Positions 44,091-52,116 of a stretch of 64,000 nucleotides of DNA are shown in pieces (the stretch's first letter is position 1; the number at the start of each line of letters is the position of its first letter). A model generated the notes under the pieces. The model did not search any database, had not been told where the DNA came from, and saw nothing but the letters and a program-made list of their open reading frames with translations. The translations under genes and the position numbers were made by a program. Source of the DNA: Patescibacteria group bacterium. GTDB taxonomy: Bacteria; Patescibacteriota; Patescibacteriia; UBA1558; GWA2-36-10. Location of the stretch: contig JBAZKN010000002.1 in assembly GCA_041650755.1 (NCBI GenBank), forward strand, positions 5,030 to 69,029, in the 5' to 3' direction.

Positions 44091-44117
44091 TGAAATAAAT
44101 TGAGTCAGTTTGGCGTA
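44091..44117 (+). promoter_or_regulatory. ECF (sigmaW-like) promoter TGAAAT-N17-CGTATTAT for the efflux operon
   Basis: tgaaat aaattgagtcagtttgg cgtattat. Confidence 0.6.
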
Positions 44118-44165
44118 TTATATAAAAGATGCTCTGGTTTATTGGTTAGTTATTATTTATAAATT

Positions 44166-45935
44166 ATGTCTAAAAAACGTAAATTATGGGGAGCGATTAT
44201 TTTAGCCTTTGTGCTGGTAGTCGGGTATTTTGTTTGGCAAAATATGGCCAACAAAAAAGTAGAAACCAAGTATGTTTTAGCCAAAGTAGAAAAAGGAGAC
44301 CTGATCAAAAATATTTCCGGCAGCGGTCAGGTGTCAGTATCCAATCAAGTAGATGTTAAGCCGAAAGTCTCCGGCGATGTCATCAGTGTTGCAGTCAGCG
44401 TTGGCCAATCAGTTAAGGCTGGAGATATTATAGCACAGATCAATGCTAGAGACGCTTACAAAGCAGTCAGAGATGCCCAGGCTAATTTAGCCAGCGCTAA
44501 ATTGTCTTTAACAAAACTTCAACAGCCAGCTGATGATCTAAGTATCTTGCAAGCAGAAAATTCTTTGGCTCAAGCCCAAGAATCAAAACAAAGCAGCCAA
44601 GAAGACCTGCAAAAAGCCTATGACGATGGTTTTAATGACGTGGCTAATGCTTTTTTGGATTTGCCGAACATAATTTCAGGAATTTATACTATGCTTTATG
44701 GTAGTGCTATCAATATTAGTCAGAGCAATATGGATTATTATACTGACAGCGCTAGTCAGTATGACTTGAAAGCCCTGAGTTATCGCGACGATGTTACGGC
44801 TGCCTATAATACAGCCCGCAGTTCTTATGATAAAAATTTTAGTGATTATAAGGTAACGGACAGATTTTCTAACATCAGCACCATTGAAGCATTGATTAAC
44901 GAAACTTATGGTGCCAGTAAAAACATTGCCCAATTAGTCAAAAGCGCTAACAATTTAATTCAGTTTTATGAAGACCAACTATCCAAACATGATTTGAAAC
45001 CGCTGGCAACTGCCGATACTTACCTGAGCAGTCTAAATACTTATACCGGAAAGATTAATAATCATATTGCTAGCTTGCTATCTATCAAACAGACAATTCA
45101 AAAAAACGAACAGGCGATTATTGACGCTGATCGTACTATTGCAGAAAAGACAGCCAGTTTGAGCGATCTAAAGGCTGGTACAGACCTCCTAGATTTACAA
45201 GCGCAGCAATTGGTGGTGCAGCAACGGCAGAATGCCCTGCTTGATGCTCAACAAGAACTAGCCGACTATGTGATCAAGGCGCCATTTGATGGCGTGATTG
45301 CTGCTTTGGATGTCAAAAAAGGAGATATAGTTTCATCAGCTACGGCTATAGCCACTTTGATTACTAAGCAACAGATGGCGGAGATTTCCCTAAATGAAGT
45401 AGACGCAGCTACAGTAAGGCCGGGGCAAAAGGCTGTTCTAACTTTTGATGCTGTTTCCGATCTGACTATTTCGGGGGAAGTGGGAGAAGTTGATACTCTA
45501 GGAACCGTCAGTCAGGGAGTAGTGACTTATGGCGTCAAGATTGTTTTTGATATTCAAGATGAAAGAGTGAGGCCTGGTATGAGCGCTAGTGTTTCCATTA
45601 TCACTGATCTCAAGCAGGGGGTTTTATTGCTTGCCACTGCGGCCGTCAAATCAAGTGGGGAAAATTATTATGTTGAAGTGCCAAACGAAGAGCTGGATAG
45701 CGCTGCGGCCACAGCTAGTACTGGCGTGGTTTTGCAGAATCAACTAAAACAGCAAGCGGTGCAGATAGGCATAGCCAACGATTCTTTGACAGAAATAAGT
45801 AGCGGTTTATCTGAAGGTGATCTGGTAATTTTGCGATCCATAAGTTCCGGCAGCTCCACCAATAATACAAATTCTTCTTCCCAGGGGAAGAGCATTTTCC
45901 AAATGACTGGTGGTGGACCGCAAGGCAGACCATAA
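44166..45935 (+). CDS. HlyD/MacA-family periplasmic adaptor (membrane fusion) protein
   Basis: N-terminal TM segment, long coiled-coil region and C-terminal beta-barrel region. 589 aa. Confidence 0.7.
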   Translation: MSKKRKLWGAIILAFVLVVGYFVWQNMANKKVETKYVLAKVEKGDLIKNISGSGQVSVSNQVDVKPKVSGDVISVAVSVGQSVKAGDIIAQINARDAYKAVRDAQANLASAKLSLTKLQQPADDLSILQAENSLAQAQESKQSSQEDLQKAYDDGFNDVANAFLDLPNIISGIYTMLYGSAINISQSNMDYYTDSASQYDLKALSYRDDVTAAYNTARSSYDKNFSDYKVTDRFSNISTIEALINETYGASKNIAQLVKSANNLIQFYEDQLSKHDLKPLATADTYLSSLNTYTGKINNHIASLLSIKQTIQKNEQAIIDADRTIAEKTASLSDLKAGTDLLDLQAQQLVVQQRQNALLDAQQELADYVIKAPFDGVIAALDVKKGDIVSSATAIATLITKQQMAEISLNEVDAATVRPGQKAVLTFDAVSDLTISGEVGEVDTLGTVSQGVVTYGVKIVFDIQDERVRPGMSASVSIITDLKQGVLLLATAAVKSSGENYYVEVPNEELDSAAATASTGVVLQNQLKQQAVQIGIANDSLTEISSGLSEGDLVILRSISSGSSTNNTNSSSQGKSIFQMTGGGPQGRP

Positions 45936-45945
45936 TTTAGCATCC

Positions 45946-46629
45946 ATGGTAGAATGTAAGGACATCATTAAGGTTTACCAGAGCGGTGAAGCCGAGGCAA
46001 AAGTCTTGAAAGGCATATCTTTTGTGATTGAAGACGGAGAATTTGTGGCTATCATGGGCCCATCCGGCTCAGGTAAATCCACCCTGATGCATATTATTGG
46101 CGCTTTGGATACGCCTACCAGTGGCCAGTATTTTTTTGATGGCAAAGATACGTCAGAGCTAGCCGATGATGAGCTGGCTGATATTAGAAGAAAAAAAATT
46201 GGTTTTGTTTTTCAGAGCTTTAATCTTTTATCTAGGGCCACAGTTTTGAGGAATGTAGTTTTACCCTTGGTTTATACCGGTATAGACAAGAGTAAAAGAG
46301 AAAAGCTAGCCAAGGCCGCCTTGATAAACGCTGGCTTAGATGAAGCGCATTTTCACCATCTATCCAATCGGCTATCTGGTGGCCAGATGCAGCGAGTGGC
46401 GATAGCCAGGGCTTTAGTTAATGATCCTAGCTTGATTTTGGCTGATGAGCCGACAGGTAACCTAGACACCAAGACTGGCTTAATTGTTTTGGATACATTC
46501 CGTAGGCTTAATACTCAAGATCATCGCACCATTGTTTTAATTACTCACGAGCACGATGTTGCCCAGCATGCAGACAGAATTATTACCATTAGAGATGGTT
46601 TGATTGTTGGAGACACAAGGCATCGTTAA
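45946..46629 (+). CDS. ABC transporter ATP-binding protein (MacB/LolD-type)
   Basis: Walker [10 protein letters not shown], signature [15 protein letters not shown] and Walker [12 protein letters not shown]. Confidence 0.85.
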   Translation: MVECKDIIKVYQSGEAEAKVLKGISFVIEDGEFVAIMGPSGSGKSTLMHIIGALDTPTSGQYFFDGKDTSELADDELADIRRKKIGFVFQSFNLLSRATVLRNVVLPLVYTGIDKSKREKLAKAALINAGLDEAHFHHLSNRLSGGQMQRVAIARALVNDPSLILADEPTGNLDTKTGLIVLDTFRRLNTQDHRTIVLITHEHDVAQHADRIITIRDGLIVGDTRHR

Positions 46630-46638
46630 AATAATAAT

Positions 46639-47862
46639 ATGCGAAGTTCAGATATATTCGAGGAAACATATTTGGCCCTGCTGGCCAATAAAGTCAGATC
46701 GGTCTTGACCATACTTGGTATTGTCATTGGTATTGCTTCGGTGATTGCCATGATAGCTATTGGCCAGGGATCGCAGGGGACAATTCAATCCAGCATTCAA
46801 TCTCTGGGGTCCAATTTGATTCTGGTAATGCCGGGCATGCAGAGAGGGGTGGGCACGCAAATAAGTCAGGGGCGAGGCTCAGCTCAGACGCTTACCCTGG
46901 AGGATGCTTATGCTATTAGAGATGAGGTTGATAGTGTTGAGGCAGTAGCCCCGGAATTATCTGGTCGTTATCAAGTGACTGCCAAAGGCACCAACACTAA
47001 TACTTCTATAGTCGGCACTACGTCCAGTTATCCCAGCATTAGAAATGTAGAGATTGATAGTGGTTTATTTATATCAGATCAAAATGTTGGCAGTATGTCC
47101 AAGGTGGCTGTCCTGGGGCCGACTACTAGGGATGATGTTTTTGGTGAGGGGGTAGATCCGGTGGGACAGACCATTCGTATTAATCAGATAGATTTTAAAG
47201 TGATTGGCATCACCAAGGTCAAAGGCGGTAGCGGTTTTAGTAATCAAGATGATATGATTTTTGTGCCGATTACGACAGCTCAACAATTTTTAGCGGGTAA
47301 TGATAGGGTTAGCACTATCAGCGTGCAGGCCACCGATCAATCAGTTATGATGCAGATGCAATCGGATATTACCTCCCTATTATTAAGTCGACACAATATT
47401 TCTGATTCTACTTTGGCTGATTTTAGCACCTTGAATCAGACTGATATAGTAGCCGCCGCTACTTCTGTGGCCGACACTTTTACCACATTATTGGCTTCAG
47501 TAGCCGCCATTTCACTTTTGGTGGGTGGTATAGGTATTATGAATATGATGTTGACCACTGTGACAGAGCGGACTAAAGAAATTGGTTTACGAAAAGCTAT
47601 TGGCGCCAAGCGCAGGGATATTAGTTCCCAGTTTTTAGCAGAAGCTGTGGCTCTGACTTTTATTGGCGGCTTTATTGGTATAATTTTAGGTTGGTTAGTG
47701 TCTTGGGGCGTGCATAAATTTGGTAATATTGCTACTCAAGTATCGTTATCGTCTATTATTTTGGCTTTTTGTGTTTCAGCTGGCATCGGCATTATCTTTG
47801 GCTATTATCCAGCTCGCCGGGCGGCTCGTCTCAATCCGATCGATGCTTTGCGTTTTGAATAA
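46639..47862 (+). CDS. ABC transporter permease, FtsX/MacB family
   Basis: N-terminal TM segment, a periplasmic domain of about 220 aa and C-terminal three TM segments. 407 aa. Confidence 0.8.
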   Translation: MRSSDIFEETYLALLANKVRSVLTILGIVIGIASVIAMIAIGQGSQGTIQSSIQSLGSNLILVMPGMQRGVGTQISQGRGSAQTLTLEDAYAIRDEVDSVEAVAPELSGRYQVTAKGTNTNTSIVGTTSSYPSIRNVEIDSGLFISDQNVGSMSKVAVLGPTTRDDVFGEGVDPVGQTIRINQIDFKVIGITKVKGGSGFSNQDDMIFVPITTAQQFLAGNDRVSTISVQATDQSVMMQMQSDITSLLLSRHNISDSTLADFSTLNQTDIVAAATSVADTFTTLLASVAAISLLVGGIGIMNMMLTTVTERTKEIGLRKAIGAKRRDISSQFLAEAVALTFIGGFIGIILGWLVSWGVHKFGNIATQVSLSSIILAFCVSAGIGIIFGYYPARRAARLNPIDALRFE

Positions 47863-47885
47863 AAATAATTAATTATATAAAAAAC

Positions 47886-48326
47886 ATGAAGAAATTTTTA
47901 CCAATCATGATTATTCTGGCAGTCATAATAGCGGGAGGAGCTTTCTATGGCGGCATAGTTTATCAAAGGTCAAAGATGAGTCAAAAAAATATGGCCAATT
48001 TTCCTAACGCTGGGCAAATGAATGGCACCAACCGAGCGATCAATAATCGCTCTGGCATGGATTTTGTGAGTGGGGAGGTTCTAAAGCAAGATGTTGCTAG
48101 TTTGACTATTAAGTTGAAAGACGGTGGCTCTAGGATTATTTTGTATGCCAGTTCTACGCCAATCATGAAATCTACTATTGGTTCTGTTGGTGATTTGCAG
48201 ATCGGCCAAAGTGTCAGTGCCAATGGCACAACTAATTCTGACGGTAGTCTTAGTGCTCAAGCAATACAGATTAGGTCGGAGATGCCGGTTGGGGCCGAGC
48301 CTGCTCCGGGGCCAGTCGGGGGATAG
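47886..48326 (+). CDS. Secreted/anchored small protein (146 aa)
   Basis: N-terminal TM/signal segment. Last gene of the efflux operon. Confidence 0.5.
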   Translation: MKKFLPIMIILAVIIAGGAFYGGIVYQRSKMSQKNMANFPNAGQMNGTNRAINNRSGMDFVSGEVLKQDVASLTIKLKDGGSRIILYASSTPIMKSTIGSVGDLQIGQSVSANGTTNSDGSLSAQAIQIRSEMPVGAEPAPGPVGG

Positions 48327-48370
48327 CTGTTTTTGAGAATTAGTTTTAGCTACGATTTTAAATATTCCCC

Positions 48371-48432
48371 AATAAAATTTTCTGGTTATTAACTGCTTTA
48401 CAGATGAGGAGTTAGAGCCAGAAAATTTTATT
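48371..48432. repeat. 15-bp perfect inverted repeat (aataaaattttctgg / ccagaaaattttatt) with a 32-nt spacer, in the 5' region of the M23 peptidase gene
   Basis: Read directly from the sequence. A T-run follows the 3' arm. Confidence 0.5.
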
Positions 48433-48453
48433 TTTAGCCCTCAGATAGTTTTT

Positions 48454-49149
48454 TTGCTATACTTAAAATATATGAAAAAATATATATCGTTGGTTTTAAT
48501 AATTTTTGTTTTAAGCGGGCTGATTTATTGCTTGCGTTTTTATACCTTGCAAAGATCGCGGGGTGTGGGCACGAATCTACCGGTAAGTAACGAGGCACAG
48601 AAAGACGTTTTATCTACTAATAGTATTGATATTGCAGATCAAGATCAGTCAGTCATAGGTGAGCCAATTAGCGATGCTTTATCCCGCATCACTAAAAAAC
48701 CGTTTGGTATAAAAATTTCGCCAAAAGACTCACCAATTCAGCCGGAAAAATTTTCCGGTTATCACACTGGCATTGATTTTGAGACGACCAGCATTGAACA
48801 AAATATAGATATACCAATTTATGCCGTTTGTTCTGGGCCACTGATCTTGCAAAAGCGGGCCGGCGGTTATGGCGGGGTGGCTGTGCAGAGTTGCACGATA
48901 GATAAACAGGCGGTAACAGTTGTTTATGGCCATTTGCGTCTTGCCAGCATCACGGCAAAAATTGGGCAGGAGCTAAATCGTGGAGAACAGATTGGTTTTT
49001 TGGGTAGCGGATTTAGCGTCGAGACTGATGGTGAGAGAAAGCATTTACATTTAAGCATACACAAAGGCACCGGCGTCAATATTTTGGGTTATGTACAGAA
49101 GCCGGAACATTTAAGCGCTTGGATAAATCCGGCAGATTTATTAAAATAA
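48454..49149 (+). CDS. M23 (LytM-type) metallopeptidase
   Basis: YHTGIDF (HxxxD) and HLHLSIH (HxH) motifs. N-terminal TM anchor. Confidence 0.75.
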   Translation: MLYLKYMKKYISLVLIIFVLSGLIYCLRFYTLQRSRGVGTNLPVSNEAQKDVLSTNSIDIADQDQSVIGEPISDALSRITKKPFGIKISPKDSPIQPEKFSGYHTGIDFETTSIEQNIDIPIYAVCSGPLILQKRAGGYGGVAVQSCTIDKQAVTVVYGHLRLASITAKIGQELNRGEQIGFLGSGFSVETDGERKHLHLSIHKGTGVNILGYVQKPEHLSAWINPADLLK

Positions 49150-49166
49150 TAATTAATTACAATATT

Positions 49167-49478
49167 ATGTCCAAAAAAATTATTAAGTATTGCCTTATTG
49201 AAGCTGGGGCAGCGATTATTTACGTGGGCTTGGTGGTCGGGCTGATGAATAATTCTGAGAAAATTTTTGATCAGCATAGCGATGTCTGGGCCGGGGTAGC
49301 CATGTTACTGTTGCTGGTTTTTTCGGTAGCGGTCATGGGCCTGACTATTTTTGGCCGCTCAATCATCTGGTATGTGGATGGCCAAAAAAAAGAAGCGCTT
49401 AGGCTGATATTTTGTAAATTAGCCTTTTTGCTGATTATAATATTATTGGTTTTTCTGGGGCTGGTGATTATCAAATGA
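49167..49478 (+). CDS. Small membrane protein (103 aa, 3 TM)
   Basis: ORF beginning MSKKIIKYCLIEAGAAIIYVGLVVG. Confidence 0.45.
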   Translation: MSKKIIKYCLIEAGAAIIYVGLVVGLMNNSEKIFDQHSDVWAGVAMLLLLVFSVAVMGLTIFGRSIIWYVDGQKKEALRLIFCKLAFLLIIILLVFLGLVIIK

Positions 49479-49544
49479 TCAAATTAAACCATTGCCAGCC
49501 AGCCTTATTTTGGCTATACTTTCTATATAATTTAACAAGAATTT

Positions 49545-51005
49545 ATGGCTAAAAAAGCAAAAAAAGGATCCGAACTAAGTATTACTAAGCGAACCGACGA
49601 TTATTCCCAGTGGTATCTGGACGTAGTTGCCGCGGCTGATTTAGCGGAGAATTCACCGGTCAGGGGTTGTATGGTTATTAAACCCTATGGCTATGCCTTG
49701 TGGGAGAATATTCAAATAGAGATAAACAGAAGGTTTAAAGAGCACGATATACAAAATGCTTATTTTCCGATTTTTATTCCAGAAAGTTTTATCAAAAAAG
49801 AAGCCGAACATATCGAGGGTTTTGCCCCAGAGTTAGCCGTTGTCACCCAAGCTGGTGGCAAAAAATTGGAAGAGCCACTAGTTGTCCGACCGACTTCCGA
49901 AACTATTATAAACAAGTCTTTTAGTAAATGGATAGAATCATATCGCGATTTGCCATATATAATCAATCAATGGGCTAATGTTGTCCGTTGGGAGATGCGA
50001 CCTCGATTGTTTTTGCGTAGTTCCGAGTTTTTGTGGCAAGAGGGGCATACTGCGCATGCTACTCCAGAGGAGGCGCGCGACTATGCCTTGATGATTTTAC
50101 AAAAAATATATCAGCCGTTTGTGGAAGAGTTTTTGGCTATGCCGGTTTTGGCTGGCATCAAGTCAAGATCCGAGCGTTTTGCCGGGGCTAAAGATACTTA
50201 TGGCATAGAAGCCTTAATGCAGGACGGCAAATCTTTGCAGGCCGGCACCTCGCATGATTTATCCGATCATTTTGCCAAGTCTTTTGATATAAAATATTTG
50301 GACAAGGACGGCAAATTGCAATATGTCTATCAAACTAGCTGGGGAGTGAGTACCAGACTGATTGGTGGCTTGATCATGATGCACGGTGATGACAATGGTC
50401 TGATCTTGCCGCCTAAAATAGCCCCTCATCAAGTAGTTATTATTCCCATTGCTCAAGCTGCTAGCGATCCTGTGGCCAAGCAGTCAGTCAATTTAAAGAG
50501 AAAATTAGAAAGGAAATACAGGGTGCATCTGGATAAGCGCTACAATCTTCGTCCTGGTGAAAAATACTACGAGTGGGAAAAGAAGGGCGTACCGGTCAGA
50601 GTAGAGATTGGTCCGCGCGATTTAGAATCCAAAGCGGCAATCCTGGTACGTCGTGATACCGGTGAAAAGATGACGGTAAAATTAGTTGATTTAGAAAAAA
50701 AAATTAGTCAGGCTTTGGTGGAAATACAAAAAAATCTATATCAGCAAGCCTTGAATCGTCGAGAAGACTCAACTCATAGGGTAGATACTTGGCCAGAGTT
50801 TGCCAAAGCCCTAGAGAAAGGCGGCTATGTCTTGGCTCATTGGTGCGAATCCGAGGAGTGCGAAGCTGACATCAAAGCCAAAGTAAAGGCCGTCAGTCGT
50901 TGCTTGACTTTTGATGCCAAAAAAGAAACGGGGGAGCATAAGTGCATTGCTTGCGGTAAAAAATCTCCTAGCAATAAGCGTTGGGTATTTGCTAAAGCTT
51001 ATTAA
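49545..51005 (+). CDS. proS: Prolyl-tRNA synthetase (archaeal/eukaryotic-type, with C-terminal Zn-binding domain)
   Basis: Class II aaRS motifs (FLRSSEF, GTSHDLSDHFAK). C-terminal CESEECEADIK...CIACGKK. 486 aa. Confidence 0.85.
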   Translation: MAKKAKKGSELSITKRTDDYSQWYLDVVAAADLAENSPVRGCMVIKPYGYALWENIQIEINRRFKEHDIQNAYFPIFIPESFIKKEAEHIEGFAPELAVVTQAGGKKLEEPLVVRPTSETIINKSFSKWIESYRDLPYIINQWANVVRWEMRPRLFLRSSEFLWQEGHTAHATPEEARDYALMILQKIYQPFVEEFLAMPVLAGIKSRSERFAGAKDTYGIEALMQDGKSLQAGTSHDLSDHFAKSFDIKYLDKDGKLQYVYQTSWGVSTRLIGGLIMMHGDDNGLILPPKIAPHQVVIIPIAQAASDPVAKQSVNLKRKLERKYRVHLDKRYNLRPGEKYYEWEKKGVPVRVEIGPRDLESKAAILVRRDTGEKMTVKLVDLEKKISQALVEIQKNLYQQALNRREDSTHRVDTWPEFAKALEKGGYVLAHWCESEECEADIKAKVKAVSRCLTFDAKKETGEHKCIACGKKSPSNKRWVFAKAY

Positions 51006-51007
51006 AT

Positions 51008-51040
51008 AAAAAGGCCCTTATTATGGGGCTTTTTTATTTA
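51008..51040 (+). terminator. Intrinsic terminator after proS
   Basis: aaaaaggccc ttattatg gggctttttt. Confidence 0.6.
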
Positions 51041-51106
51041 CACTTGACAGCATTTTATTTTTGTTATATATATTTAGACATATATCTAAATATCTAATTA
51101 ATTCCC

Positions 51107-51391
51107 ATGTCTTTAACAGAAACATTTGCCGCCCTTTCCGAGCCAAATAGGCAAAAAATCTTAGATTTATTGAAAAAAGGTGAATTGTCAGTCAATGAGA
51201 TCGCCAAGAATTTAGACATTACTTTGGCCACCCTATCTCATCACTTGGATATCCTCAAGCGAGCTGACCTGATTTCCAGTCGTCGTAAGGGGCAGCAGAT
51301 TATTTATTCTTTAAATTTTAGCATTTTAGAGGAGGTCGCCGAAAAAATCGCTAAATTTTTAGCCGTAAAAAAATATAAAAATAATAATTAA
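51107..51391 (+). CDS. ArsR/SmtB-family transcriptional regulator (SdpR-like)
   Basis: Winged HTH LSVNEIAKNLDITLATLSHHLDILKRADLI. A TTGACA-N17-TATATA promoter and a near-palindrome tagacatatatcta lie upstream. Confidence 0.75.
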   Translation: MSLTETFAALSEPNRQKILDLLKKGELSVNEIAKNLDITLATLSHHLDILKRADLISSRRKGQQIIYSLNFSILEEVAEKIAKFLAVKKYKNNN

Positions 51392-51399
51392 TAATCATT

Positions 51400-52065
51400 A
51401 TGAAATCACCAATTAAGTTAACTTGGAAAAGCGAAATTTGGGCGATACTTTTGGTCATCGCCGTTATCGTATTAAGCTTTTATTTTTATGCTCATTTTCC
51501 CGAGCGGGCAGTCACCCATTGGGATTTTAGAGGCGTGCCCAATGGCTGGTCAGGTCGAGCGGGGGCGGCCTTTGGTGTAATGGCTATCATACCTGGTCTA
51601 TATCTGATGTTTTTATTGCTACCACTTGTCGATCCTAAAAAAGAGCGCTATGCCGAATTTGCCAAAGTCTTTCAGGCCTTTAAAAATATTTTGTTAACCT
51701 TATTTTTCATTATTTATATCGTAGCCGGTCTATATAATATGGGCATACCAGTCAGAGTGGAATTTTGGATACCATGGTTGATAGGTCTGTTGATGATTTT
51801 TATCGGTAACTACCTGGGTAAGATCAAGCGCAATTGGTTTATGGGCATTCGTACCCCTTGGACTTTGTCTTCGGAAAATGTTTGGAACAAGACGCATCGA
51901 GTTGGCGGTTGGGCGTTCATTTTATTTGGTGTTTGCATTATTATTTCGCCAAACTTATCACCGTTTTGGGGCGCTGTCATATTTTTTGCAGGCGTTTTGT
52001 TGGCGGTTGTTGGCACCATACTTTATTCTTATATTATTTTTCGTCAGGAGCAAAAGAATAAATAA
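51400..52065 (+). CDS. SdpI/YhfL-family membrane protein (DUF1648 plus SdpI domain)
   Basis: AVTHWDFRGVPNGWSGRAGA (DUF1648 box) and NWFMGIRTPWTLSSENVWNKTHRVGG (SdpI box). Six TM segments. Confidence 0.75.
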   Translation: MKSPIKLTWKSEIWAILLVIAVIVLSFYFYAHFPERAVTHWDFRGVPNGWSGRAGAAFGVMAIIPGLYLMFLLLPLVDPKKERYAEFAKVFQAFKNILLTLFFIIYIVAGLYNMGIPVRVEFWIPWLIGLLMIFIGNYLGKIKRNWFMGIRTPWTLSSENVWNKTHRVGGWAFILFGVCIIISPNLSPFWGAVIFFAGVLLAVVGTILYSYIIFRQEQKNK

Positions 52066-52077
52066 CTTTTTATAAAA

Positions 52078-52116
52078 AATAGATCAGCCTCGGGAAATCC
52101 CGGGGCTGATTTTAAT
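52078..52116. terminator. Bidirectional terminator between the sdpI-like gene and mgtA
   Basis: atcagcctcggg aaat cccggggctgat flanked by A and T runs. Confidence 0.7.
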
